A DNA stretch of 61,710 nucleotides, counting the filler. It is 4 parts of 4 records of this genome, joined end to end, with 100 filler letters (N's around TTAATTAATTAA, not from the genome) between each part and the next. Parts side by side here need not be neighbours in the genome. Positions count along the whole stretch, not along the records: positions 1 to 12,641 come from SRR22947725_6773; 3 more parts are not named here. One strand, given 5' to 3'. Position 1 is the first letter of the stretch. Each line of letters begins with the position of its first letter. The notes below the pieces were generated by a model. That model searched no databases, was not told the origin of the DNA, and saw only the letters and a list, made by a program, of their open reading frames with translations. The position numbers and the translations under genes were made by a program. Below are positions 1-9,406 of this stretch, in pieces.

Positions 1-1
1 T

Positions 2-190
2 CCAACAGAAATGTTTGAACATTTTTTTATTTCATTTGTTAATACTCTTGGTTTTAATTGCCATATAACAACTACTGGAAAAAATAGTCATCATATAATT
101 GAATCAACTTTTAAGAGTTTTGCTAGATGTTTATCGGACTCACTCTTGTTGGATGGAGTATTAAATAATTCAACTAAAGGGCATATATGA
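2..190 (+). CDS. hisB: Imidazoleglycerol-phosphate dehydratase, C-terminal part (5' truncated)
   Basis: Manual translation PTEMFEHFF...[19 protein letters not shown]...STKGHI* has the HisB HHxxE and STKG motifs; the stop overlaps the hisH ATG (ATGA). Confidence 0.93.
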   Translation, partial: PTEMFEHFFISFVNTLGFNCHITTTGKNSHHIIESTFKSFARCLSDSLLLDGVLNNSTKGHI

Positions 191-756
191 AAATTGGCAT
201 AATGGATTGTGGAGGAGCTAACTTAAATTCAATTAAATATTCAATTGATAGGCTTGGCTTAAGATCAGTTATATCAAATGAAACTTCAGTACTTGAAAGA
301 TCTGATAAGTTGATTGTGCCAGGAGTAGGAGCTGCTGATATCGTTATGAATCAACTCAAGGACAAAGGGCTGGATATTCTATTAAAAGCATACAAGGGGC
401 CTATTTTGGGTATTTGTGTTGGTATGCAAGTTTTATTTGAACACTCTGAAGAAGGTGAGACAAATTGTTTAGGTTTATTAAAAGGCAATGTTATTAAATT
501 AAAAGGGTCGGCTGAGTGCCCTATTCCTCACATGGGATGGAATTATGCAAAATCTCAATTCGACAGTATTTCAAATTATTATTATTATGCTAATAGTTAT
601 GCAGTTATTAATTCTGAAGATCAGATCGCTTCAACAGAATATGTTGAGAAGATTTCAGCTGTAGTTAAAAAAGATAACTTATATGGATGTCAATTTCATC
701 CAGAAAAATCCTCCCAAGCAGGATCAAATTTTTTAAAATTTTTTATAAACGCCTAA
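187..756 (+). CDS. hisH: Imidazole glycerol phosphate synthase glutaminase subunit
   Basis: PGVG, GICVGMQ (catalytic Cys), PHMGWN and QFHPEKS motifs; his operon context. Confidence 0.96.
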   Translation: MKIGIMDCGGANLNSIKYSIDRLGLRSVISNETSVLERSDKLIVPGVGAADIVMNQLKDKGLDILLKAYKGPILGICVGMQVLFEHSEEGETNCLGLLKGNVIKLKGSAECPIPHMGWNYAKSQFDSISNYYYYANSYAVINSEDQIASTEYVEKISAVVKKDNLYGCQFHPEKSSQAGSNFLKFFINA

Positions 757-1475
757 TGAAAATAATCCCAGCAATAGATATTCTTGATGGTAGTTGTGTT
801 CGTCTTCTTAAAGGTAATTTTGATAAAGTAACAATTTACGAACCCTCACCAATAAAACAAGCAAATTTTTTTAAAAATGCAGGCTTTGATTATCTTCACA
901 TAATAGATTTAAATGCCGCAAGTACAAACTCAATGGATAATCTAAATGTAATTAAAAAAATTGCATCATTGAACGGTTTGAAGATTCAAGTAGGTGGAGG
1001 AATTAGATCTATGGATCGTATTGAAATGTTGATCAATTATGGAATTGATAGGGTTATAGTTGGAACTGGAGCGATTGAAAATAATCTTTTTCTTCAAGAA
1101 ATTAGACGAAGCCAGTATGTGGATAAAATAATTTTTGCCTTGGATTTTAATATAAAAAATCAAAAACCCATGTTATCAACTCACGGATGGTCAGTTGATT
1201 CTCAGATAAGTCTTTATGATTATTTAAAAAAGAATGATTGGATAAAAAATATTCTTGCAACAGATATAAGTCTTGATGGGACATTAAAAGGTCCTAATAA
1301 GAGCATATATCAAAAAATTATAACAAATAAAAAATTTAAATTTACGGCCTCTGGTGGAATTGGAAATATTGAAGATCTATTTTTTTTAAAATCAATTGGT
1401 GCTGATGAGTGTGTTGTTGGAAAAGCAATTTATGAAAATAAAATATCAATGGAAGAATTAAAAAGTGTTAACTAA
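756..1475 (+). CDS. hisA: ProFAR isomerase
   Basis: [21 protein letters not shown] and ASGG motifs. Start moved to ATG 756 (TAATG overlap with hisH) from the ORF-track start at 687. Confidence 0.95.
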   Translation: MKIIPAIDILDGSCVRLLKGNFDKVTIYEPSPIKQANFFKNAGFDYLHIIDLNAASTNSMDNLNVIKKIASLNGLKIQVGGGIRSMDRIEMLINYGIDRVIVGTGAIENNLFLQEIRRSQYVDKIIFALDFNIKNQKPMLSTHGWSVDSQISLYDYLKKNDWIKNILATDISLDGTLKGPNKSIYQKIITNKKFKFTASGGIGNIEDLFFLKSIGADECVVGKAIYENKISMEELKSVN

Positions 1476-2235
1476 ACGAATAATTCCATGTCTTGATGTT
1501 GCAAATGGAGATGTAGTAAAAGGTGTTGAGTTTAGAAATCACTTAAAAGTGGGATCTATTATTGAATTATCAGAACGATATAATTCTGAAGGAGCGGATG
1601 AGCTTGTTTTTTACGATATTAAAGCAAGCACAACCAACTCACTTGTCTCTAAAAATTGGATCAAAGAAGTAGCAAAAAATATCTCAATACCATTTTGCGT
1701 TGCTGGGGGGATATCAAGTATTAATGATGCAAGAGAAGTTTTAAATTCTGGCGCTGACAAGGTCTCTATAAACTCCCCTGCTATAGAAGATCCTATGTTA
1801 ATTAAAAAACTTTCAAAAGAATTTGGAAGCCAGTGTGTTGTAGTTGGCATTGATACATTTAAAAATAAAAATAATTATGTTGTCTATGCAAAAACTGGTA
1901 GTGAAAAGACAAAGTATGAAACAGATCTTGAAACAATTAAATGGTTGAATGTTGTTCAAGAAATGGGTGCAGGTGAAATAGTATTAAATTGTATGAACAG
2001 TGATGGTAAGAGGTCTGGGTTTGATCTCACTCAGATATTAAAACTTCAGCACTATATCGAGGTTCCCTTTATTGCATCAGGTGGAGCAGGATCATCTGAT
2101 GACTTTGTTGATCTTTTTGAAAAAACTTATGCTAGTGGTGGTTTGGCAGCAAGCATATTCCATAAAAATATTATTGATATACCTGAATTAAAAAACCATC
2201 TTAAACTTAAAAATATTAATGTAAGGAATACATGA
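1465..2235 (+). CDS. hisF: Imidazole glycerol phosphate synthase cyclase subunit
   Basis: KRIIPCLDV, VVKGV.F, GADELVFYDI, GAGEIVLN and IASGGAG motifs. Confidence 0.97.
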   Translation: MLTKRIIPCLDVANGDVVKGVEFRNHLKVGSIIELSERYNSEGADELVFYDIKASTTNSLVSKNWIKEVAKNISIPFCVAGGISSINDAREVLNSGADKVSINSPAIEDPMLIKKLSKEFGSQCVVVGIDTFKNKNNYVVYAKTGSEKTKYETDLETIKWLNVVQEMGAGEIVLNCMNSDGKRSGFDLTQILKLQHYIEVPFIASGGAGSSDDFVDLFEKTYASGGLAASIFHKNIIDIPELKNHLKLKNINVRNT

Positions 2236-2834
2236 TTGAAAATAATATAAAATACGATTCTAATGGGCTTGTACCAGTAGTTATACAAGATTCATCATCT
2301 TTAGATGTTCTTATGCTGGGTTACATGAATACAGAAGCTTATAAGCTTACAGTTGAAACAGGCATAGTCACTTTCTTTAGTAGGTCAAAAAAAAGAATAT
2401 GGGTTAAAGGTGAGACTTCAAATAATAAATTATTAGTTGATAATATATATCTTGATTGTGATGGAGATACAATTCTTATCTCAGCATCCCCGCTAGGCCC
2501 TACTTGCCATAAAGGTTCAGTTACATGCTTTAACGATGAAAATATGACCAATAAGACTTTTTTATATCAATTAGAAAATATAATTGATGAGCGTATTAAA
2601 GGAGATTTTAAAAATTCTTACGTCAAGGAGCTAAATCAAAAAGGTGTAAAAGAAATTGCTAAGAAAGTTACTGAGGAGGCTGGTGAAACATCAATTAGTG
2701 CAGTTACTAATGACGGTAGATTAGTTGATGAATCTGCAGATCTTCTATTCCATCTTGCAGTATTGTTAAAGAATCAAAGCTTAACTTTTAATGATGTTAT
2801 TGATGAACTTAAAAAAAGAAATGTTAGTCAATAG
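2232..2834 (+). CDS. hisIE: Bifunctional phosphoribosyl-AMP cyclohydrolase / phosphoribosyl-ATP pyrophosphatase
   Basis: FFSRS, KGETS, DCDGD and GPTCH in the N-terminal domain; KKVTEEAGE and ESADLLFH in the C-terminal domain. Confidence 0.95.
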   Translation: MIENNIKYDSNGLVPVVIQDSSSLDVLMLGYMNTEAYKLTVETGIVTFFSRSKKRIWVKGETSNNKLLVDNIYLDCDGDTILISASPLGPTCHKGSVTCFNDENMTNKTFLYQLENIIDERIKGDFKNSYVKELNQKGVKEIAKKVTEEAGETSISAVTNDGRLVDESADLLFHLAVLLKNQSLTFNDVIDELKKRNVSQ

Positions 2835-4149
2835 ACTTTACTTCAATATAGTCAATTTCAAGCCTGCCATTTGAGGGGTTTGAAAGATTTGTGCATTGCT
2901 CATTACCGCACATTGCAGAACTATCCAGCCTACCTGAATCAAAATCACCACCAATGGCAACATTCATTATTAGATAAAAAGATTCATTGAAAGGCCAGTA
3001 ATCATCCATAATTCTATTACTTGAAGAGTTAATCTCATAAAAGGGCTCAGTCATTGTATCTAAATATACCTCAATAGCATTTTCCACACGTTTAAAAGTT
3101 AATGAATGAAATGTATCTTGGAAGTTTACAGCTAGGGGGACTTGTGCATCTACTGAATATAATTCTCTTGGTGGCCCCCAGTGAACAGCAGAGCCTATTG
3201 TTTGTGGGATCCTTCCCCTTGCCTCCATAATATCCATTTCACCATCTCTGGGCCATGATTTATTACCCTCTATAAAACCGTCAGGTAAAAACCAAATTGC
3301 TGGCCAGAAACCAGTTCCTGCAGGAACCTTAAAACAGGCAGTAGTTTCTGTATCTATACCTACTGAGAGACCTGTTTTATTAGAAGAACTGCTTGTAATT
3401 ATTCTTGCAGAAGTATAATCAGCAACATAATTACAATCTCTATTTATACAATAGGGATCTTCAAAAGGATTGGTTGTATTGTATATAGCTTGTATTACAA
3501 GCTTTCCATCTTTAATAAATGCATTTTCTGTTGAGTTTGATTCAGGATTATAATTTTTTGCAGCATTAGGTGAGTCACTGGTGTAATACTGTTCCTCATT
3601 ATTGCCCCAACCCTGAATAAATGTTCCGTTATCATCAAAAAATCCAAAGCCTTGCTGAAATGAATAAATATCTGGATTAATTAAATTTGTATCAAAATTA
3701 TCAATCCAGTAATCAGATGAGTTGTTGTTTGGTGTTTTGCAATATGAATCTTTTTCTTCATTATATATTTCGTAACCTATTGAACCATTTGGATCAGCTT
3801 CTACATTCACTGAAACTGATGAAGTTGCGTCTTGGGTGCCTGATGCCCCAGAACAAGTTAAGCTAAAAGTATAAGATCTAAGCTCAGTAAGATTTATTGA
3901 AGATGATCCCGATGTTGAGGATGTTCCAGACCAATCACCACCTCTTGTACAAGTATTTGCATTTGAGGTAGACCATGACAAGGTGACATCGCTATTTATT
4001 ACAACAAGATCACTGCTCGCAGTAAATGAATTAAAGCTTGGAGCTGTTGGAGATATTGGATTGCTAGAACCACCAGATGAAGAAGACCCTCCTCCTCCAC
4101 ATGATGAAATAATAAGAATTGATATAAGTAGAATTATTAAATTTTTCAT
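2824..4149 (-). CDS. GH16 beta-1,3-glucanase (laminarinase-like) lipoprotein with Ser/Gly linker and Ig-like domain
   Basis: Lipobox-like ISSC followed by GGGGSSSS. GH16 motifs GWGNNEEQYY, YTSARI, GFWPAIW, catalytic EMDIME, WPFN..FYLIMNVAIGG and EIDYI. Confidence 0.9.
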   Translation of the reverse strand: MKNLIILLISILIISSCGGGGSSSSGGSSNPISPTAPSFNSFTASSDLVVINSDVTLSWSTSNANTCTRGGDWSGTSSTSGSSSINLTELRSYTFSLTCSGASGTQDATSSVSVNVEADPNGSIGYEIYNEEKDSYCKTPNNNSSDYWIDNFDTNLINPDIYSFQQGFGFFDDNGTFIQGWGNNEEQYYTSDSPNAAKNYNPESNSTENAFIKDGKLVIQAIYNTTNPFEDPYCINRDCNYVADYTSARIITSSSSNKTGLSVGIDTETTACFKVPAGTGFWPAIWFLPDGFIEGNKSWPRDGEMDIMEARGRIPQTIGSAVHWGPPRELYSVDAQVPLAVNFQDTFHSLTFKRVENAIEVYLDTMTEPFYEINSSSNRIMDDYWPFNESFYLIMNVAIGGDFDSGRLDSSAMCGNEQCTNLSNPSNGRLEIDYIEVKSID

Positions 4150-4170
4150 AATTAATATTAGAAAAGTGGG

Positions 4171-5811
4171 TTATATTTTATACTCGTCTGAAAGGCTTTT
4201 TATCTCTTTACGCAATACTATTACAGCTATTAAGTTTGGTATTGTAACTAAAGCAACCACTACATAAGCTATATTCCAAACTACTTCAGTATCTATGATA
4301 GATGCTAAGAAGAAACAAAAAACATAAAGTACTCTATACCAAATAACACCTCTCTCACCAAAGATATAAGCAGTTGATCTATCTCCATAGTAAGACCAGG
4401 CAATGACTGTAGAAAATGCAAATAGCAATAATCCTATTGCAACTATATACTCACCATACTTACCTAGAACTCCTGAAGAGAATGCTTTTGCAGTTAATTC
4501 AGCAGAGTGAATTAAGGATTTTCCACTAAGTGAAATGCCAGAAACAGCAACTTTTCCAGAAGTAATATCAACATTTCCTGAATGAAGTCCATCTGTATTA
4601 TGAAAAAAGACATTTTCAGCAATTGAATTTTTATGAAGTATGGTTATGTTCTTGTTAACTAAAACACCATTGGCTATATCAAGCTCACCTGTATATGGAA
4701 TTACATTTGAAGTTTGATTGTAAAGATAAGATTGAAGTTGTCTTACATCGTCAGGTACTGACTCATCATATATTCCATTAATTATATGTGTTGAGGTGCG
4801 ATCAAAATCATTTTCAAATTTTTCAGTCCATACACCACTAGATAGAATTACAAGAGCAGTGATAGTGCAAACAACAATAGTGTCAATAAAAGGCTCCAAA
4901 ATAGATACCATACCTTCTTCTATAGGATTTTCTGTCTTTGATGAAGCATGTGCAATTGGAGATGACCCCTGACCTGCCTCATTGGAGTATAAACCTCTTG
5001 CAACACCATACTTCAAACTCATAGCAAAACTTGCTCCAAGAAAGCCACCGAGTGCTGACGATCCAGTAAAAACTTGACTAAAAATTGATGTGATTGATGG
5101 AACTATATTTTCATAATTATCAAAAATTATTACCATGGAAGCAGCAATATATATAAAGCCCATAGTAGGAACTAGCTTACTGGCTATTAAGGCAATTCTT
5201 TTTATGCCACCAATTATAACCATCCACAAAAGAACCGCTAAAACTAAGCCAGTAGCAAACTTAGGTATTGTGAATGTTGACTCCATAACATTTGCTATGT
5301 TATTGATTTGCGGCATATTACCAGAACCAAGTGCTGTAATCATCATTAGTGCTGAAAAGGTAATGGCCAACCATTTCATGTTAAGGCCCTCTTCAATGAA
5401 ATACATTGGGCCACCTGAAACTGTGCCATCTGGAAGTATGCGTCTGTATTTATGTGCTAAGGTGACTTCAACAAATTTTGTTGTCATACCAAAAATAGCT
5501 GTTATCCACATCCAAAATATTGCAGCAGGACCTCCAATCCATATAGCTAGGGCAACACCACCAATATTTCCAGTACCAACAGTACCAGATAAAGCAGTAG
5601 ATAATGCTTGAAATGGAGTTGTTTCACCTTTAGTAGTATCTTTAACAAATTTACCTGAAAGTATTCTCCATCCATGTTTAAAGTATCTAAATTGCGGGAA
5701 TCTTAGATAAATAGTAAAAAATAAGCCTGTACCAATTAAAAATGCAGGAAACCACCATGAGCCACTCAAGTAACCATCAATAAATAACAAAAATTCATTA
5801 AACTTAACCAT
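4171..5811 (-). CDS. Sodium:alanine/glycine symporter (AGCS/AlsT family)
   Basis: GTVGTGNI, GGPAAIFWMW, GGPMY, RGLYSNEAGQGS, FIDTIVVC and AFSTVIAWSYYG motifs. Confidence 0.95.
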   Translation of the reverse strand: MVKFNEFLLFIDGYLSGSWWFPAFLIGTGLFFTIYLRFPQFRYFKHGWRILSGKFVKDTTKGETTPFQALSTALSGTVGTGNIGGVALAIWIGGPAAIFWMWITAIFGMTTKFVEVTLAHKYRRILPDGTVSGGPMYFIEEGLNMKWLAITFSALMMITALGSGNMPQINNIANVMESTFTIPKFATGLVLAVLLWMVIIGGIKRIALIASKLVPTMGFIYIAASMVIIFDNYENIVPSITSIFSQVFTGSSALGGFLGASFAMSLKYGVARGLYSNEAGQGSSPIAHASSKTENPIEEGMVSILEPFIDTIVVCTITALVILSSGVWTEKFENDFDRTSTHIINGIYDESVPDDVRQLQSYLYNQTSNVIPYTGELDIANGVLVNKNITILHKNSIAENVFFHNTDGLHSGNVDITSGKVAVSGISLSGKSLIHSAELTAKAFSSGVLGKYGEYIVAIGLLLFAFSTVIAWSYYGDRSTAYIFGERGVIWYRVLYVFCFFLASIIDTEVVWNIAYVVVALVTIPNLIAVIVLRKEIKSLSDEYKI

Positions 5812-5812
5812 A

Positions 5813-6040
5813 TTATTTTACCCACTCAACAAGATCTGTATAACCACCAATCAAAACATCATTAATGAATATTTGAGGCATTGTTCTGGCGGCAGGATTC
5901 CTAACTAATAACTCTTTAAATACATCAATATCTTCGGCATCATGAAGAATATAATTAATGTTATTAGACTCAAAGTAACTTTTAGCCATTACACAATAAG
6001 AGCAGTTAGATTTTGAATAAATTTCTACTTTTTCAAACAT
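5813..6040 (-). CDS. grxC: Glutaredoxin (Grx3-like)
   Basis: CSYC active site, TMPQIFI and IGGYTDL. Start reassigned to ATG 6040, which has an upstream AAGGA RBS. Confidence 0.85.
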   Translation of the reverse strand: MFEKVEIYSKSNCSYCVMAKSYFESNNINYILHDAEDIDVFKELLVRNPAARTMPQIFINDVLIGGYTDLVEWVK

Positions 6041-6125
6041 AAATAATCCTTGCAATACAAACACTAAATTAAGATGATTTATCTTATAATATATTTGTAA
6101 TTTAATCATGCGGGAGCGCTAAATA

Positions 6126-6893
6126 ATGTCTTTATTCAATTTAAATAATAAAAATGCCCTCATCACAGGATCATCAAAAGGCATTGGTAAATCAATTGCG
6201 CTAAATTATGCAAAGTTAGGCGCTAAGGTAATAATTTCAAGCAGAAATCTTGATGCCTGTGAAAAAACAGCAAATGAAATTAATAAAGAGGTTGGTAAAC
6301 ATTTAGCTTTTCCGATTGCAGCCAATATCAGCCATGAAGATCAATTAGATTATTTGGTCACAAAAACAAGAGAGACGCTTGGGCAAATAGATATTTTAAT
6401 ATGTAATGCAGCAACAAATACCCATATGGGTTCAATGCTTGATATGCCCATAGAAGCATTTGATAAGGTTATGAATAATAATATTAGATCAAATCAAATA
6501 CTAAGTAATTTAGTAATACCAGAGATGGTAGAAAGAAATGATGGGGCAATAATTATAATATCTAGTATTGCAGCTTTAAGGGGAACATCTATTCTTGGTG
6601 CTTACAATATCAGTAAGGCTGCTGATGTGATGATTGTAAAAAATATTGCAGCGGAATTTGGAAAAAATAATATAAGAGCAAACTCAATTGCTCCTGGCTT
6701 GATTAAAACTGATTTCGCTAAAGATCTTTGGAATAATCCAGATATTCTTAAAACTGTACTTAAGACTACCCCTATGAGAAGAATTGGTTCGCCTGAAGAA
6801 ATCGCTGGTGTTGCAGTTCTATTGGGATCTAAGGCTGGTGAATATATTAATGGGCAAACAATTGTTGTAGATGGCGGAACTACTGCTGTCTAA
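6126..6893 (+). CDS. Short-chain dehydrogenase/reductase (DHRS4-like)
   Basis: TGSSKGIG, YNISK catalytic motif, IAPGLIKTDF. Confidence 0.9.
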   Translation: MSLFNLNNKNALITGSSKGIGKSIALNYAKLGAKVIISSRNLDACEKTANEINKEVGKHLAFPIAANISHEDQLDYLVTKTRETLGQIDILICNAATNTHMGSMLDMPIEAFDKVMNNNIRSNQILSNLVIPEMVERNDGAIIIISSIAALRGTSILGAYNISKAADVMIVKNIAAEFGKNNIRANSIAPGLIKTDFAKDLWNNPDILKTVLKTTPMRRIGSPEEIAGVAVLLGSKAGEYINGQTIVVDGGTTAV

Positions 6894-7863
6894 AGGAAGT
6901 TTTTATATCACTAAACAAATAGTTAAAAATATGTGTTTCATTTATTGACTTAACTTTATAAAAGTTAAATTTTAAATCATTAATATCGTTAATAATATTT
7001 GATATCTTTAAGTTGCTAAACAAAAACTTATTAAATTCTGAGTAAACTCCACCAAGCTCTCTATTACATAACTTTGAAGAAAGTAAAATCTTTAAAACTT
7101 CAATTGTAAAGTTAAGTTTTTCAATCATAGTGAGATCATAATCACCAAAGTCTTTTATAAATTCATTTTGAGTTAACTTATTTCCAAGATATAAAGAGAA
7201 CAGCTGGATGAATTCTCTAAATATTTTTGCATTATCTGTATTGATAGCATCTAAAATTTGTATAGGGGTGTAATAGCTAGGAAAATCTAATGAGCTAAAA
7301 TCAGATAAACCTTGATCATTAAGCCAATGATCAACCTCTTCTCTTGACGGGTTTTTAATATTAATAGTCTGGCACCTACTATAGATAGTAGATTTAAGTG
7401 AATGAGGCCTGCTAGTAGTAATTAATATGTAAGAGAATGCTGCTGGTTCCTCTAATGATTTAAGCAAGGCATCTTGTGCTGCTAATGTCATGTTATCAAC
7501 ATTATGCAAAAGCAGAACTTTATTATTTGAAATTGAAGGAGTTAAATTCAAAAAACTAATAGCATCTCTCTTACCTTTTTCAGAATCCCACTTATCATCT
7601 TTGCGCCTACTAATGTCACCAACTTTTATAACGTCTTTATCTAGCTCATAAAAATCAGGATGATTTTTTGAATCAATTAATTTTGCATGTTCATTTACAA
7701 CAGATTCATTCAACTCATGAAGTAATAAATGTTTAGAAAGATCCTTTACAAGTGATCGTTTTCCTACACCTTCTGGCCCATTTATAATTAATGCATGAGG
7801 AAAGGTGTTTAGAGGTAAATGTATTAAATTTTGATTAATCCATGGATACTTTGAAGAGTTCAT
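6880..7863 (-). CDS. holB: DNA polymerase III delta-prime subunit
   Basis: YPW start, HALIINGPEGVGK, HPD, ALLKSLEEP and TIYSRC; lies downstream of tmk. Confidence 0.9.
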   Translation of the reverse strand: MNSSKYPWINQNLIHLPLNTFPHALIINGPEGVGKRSLVKDLSKHLLLHELNESVVNEHAKLIDSKNHPDFYELDKDVIKVGDISRRKDDKWDSEKGKRDAISFLNLTPSISNNKVLLLHNVDNMTLAAQDALLKSLEEPAAFSYILITTSRPHSLKSTIYSRCQTINIKNPSREEVDHWLNDQGLSDFSSLDFPSYYTPIQILDAINTDNAKIFREFIQLFSLYLGNKLTQNEFIKDFGDYDLTMIEKLNFTIEVLKILLSSKLCNRELGGVYSEFNKFLFSNLKISNIINDINDLKFNFYKVKSINETHIFNYLFSDIKTSFRQQ

Positions 7864-8453
7864 AATAAAAGCTCAATTGAAGAGATAATTTGATTATGAA
7901 TAAGAGATTGAGATTGATTAGCATTAATAACCTTAACTCTGTCTGGGTCATTAGAAGCGATATTTAAATATCCATTCCTAACTTTATTAAAAAAATCTAA
8001 GCCGGATAACTCGATTCTATCTTTTTTATCATTTAATTTTCTTTTAAAGCCATCCTCAACATCAAGATCTAACAGAAAAGTTATTTTTGGTATGGGGCAT
8101 TTAGTGAATTCAATTAAATTATAAATGAAATCTTTAGAAAGACCTCTGCCATAACCTTGATATGCAATGGAAGCATCATAATACCTATCAAACAGAATGA
8201 TGTCGTACTTACTATTAAAAATTTTTTCATTAATAAGCTGAGCTCTTGCTGAAAACATTAATAATAGCTCAGTTTCATTTGCTAAAGATATGTCATTAGA
8301 TAACAAGATATCTCGAATTTTTTCACTTGCTTTAGTTGATCCAGGCTCCCTTAATATAATTGTTTTAAGGTTTCTTTTCTCAAACCAATCTTTTAATAGA
8401 TTAATTTGAGTAGATTTACCAACGCCCTCTATACCCTCAAAACTTATAATCAT
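7860..8453 (-). CDS. tmk: Thymidylate kinase
   Basis: FEGIEGVGKST P-loop, REPG, DRY..ASIAYQGYGR. Confidence 0.96.
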   Translation of the reverse strand: MIISFEGIEGVGKSTQINLLKDWFEKRNLKTIILREPGSTKASEKIRDILLSNDISLANETELLLMFSARAQLINEKIFNSKYDIILFDRYYDASIAYQGYGRGLSKDFIYNLIEFTKCPIPKITFLLDLDVEDGFKRKLNDKKDRIELSGLDFFNKVRNGYLNIASNDPDRVKVINANQSQSLIHNQIISSIELLL

Positions 8454-9406
8454 TTATCGAGCCCTAATCTTTTAATAGCTTTTTTATGCTCTTCATAAGT
8501 TTTTGAAAAATAATGAGAGTTCTTTGAGTCTGCAACAAAGTATAAATATTCACCAGGAGAACTTAAAATTGCTGCGCTTATAGATGACTTTGATGCAAAT
8601 GCTATTGGTGATGGAGGGAGACCTTTGTTCATATATGTATTATAAATATTTCTTTTGTTAAGAATATCAGACTTTTTAATATCTCCATCAAAATTTGGTA
8701 ATAGGCCATAAATAATTGTTGGATCAGCTTGAAGTCTCATGTTTTTAGCAAGTCTTGATAAAAATACGCTTGCTATTAGATGTTTTTCATCATGATTGCC
8801 TGCTTCTTTTTCAATTATTGAAGCAAGAATAATTGCCTCATATTTAGTGTTTAGTAAATTATTATCAGGTTTTTGTGGCCAAATAGAATCTACAAAATCC
8901 ACAAGGCTTTTATAGCTTTCATTAAAAATATTAGAAGAGTTATATCCTTTGTAATAATAATAAGTGTCTGGTAAGAGCATGCCCTCTTTGTTTGCTTTGC
9001 TGGCAATACAATTTAAATAAGAACAATCATTGTTAAGCATTGAATTATTAACAAGCGTTTCAAGCTCATATATATTTGTGCCATCAAGAATTGTTATAGA
9101 TCTTTGATAATATTTACCCTGGTGCAAATCATTGATAATATCAGCAAGGCTTTTATCTTTAATATTATATTCGCCGGCTTTAAAAGATTTTATATTCAAT
9201 TTATGTAAATGAAATCTTAATAAAGTCTTATTGGTAAATGACATTGGAATGATCTTGCTTATAGAAGCTGAAATAGACTCTCCATCAGATATATCTAATA
9301 GTTCTAAAGATACATTTTTATAATTTAGAAAAGAAAAATAAGGACCAACAAATAATAGAGGCATTATTAAAAAAGTGAATACTAAAATTTTATATATTAA
9401 ATTCAC
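8450..9406 (-). CDS. mltG: Endolytic transglycosylase
   Basis: EGMLLPDTY, LASIIEKE, LQADPTIIYG, YNTY..GLPPSPI and YLYFVA motifs. Confidence 0.93.
   Translation of the reverse strand: MNLIYKILVFTFLIMPLLFVGPYFSFLNYKNVSLELLDISDGESISASISKIIPMSFTNKTLLRFHLHKLNIKSFKAGEYNIKDKSLADIINDLHQGKYYQRSITILDGTNIYELETLVNNSMLNNDCSYLNCIASKANKEGMLLPDTYYYYKGYNSSNIFNESYKSLVDFVDSIWPQKPDNNLLNTKYEAIILASIIEKEAGNHDEKHLIASVFLSRLAKNMRLQADPTIIYGLLPNFDGDIKKSDILNKRNIYNTYMNKGLPPSPIAFASKSSISAAILSSPGEYLYFVADSKNSHYFSKTYEEHKKAIKRLGLDK

Noticed and set aside
687..755. N-terminal extensions in the ORF track (hisA; likewise grxC 6109, Prx 27610, ABC 29176, neuA 48732)
   Set aside because: These are longest-ORF artefacts; downstream starts fit the family N-termini and the stop/start overlaps.
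5135..5611. 158-aa antisense ORF (and similar short overlapping ORFs throughout the track)
   Set aside because: They lie opposite or within well-supported genes and have no recognisable features.
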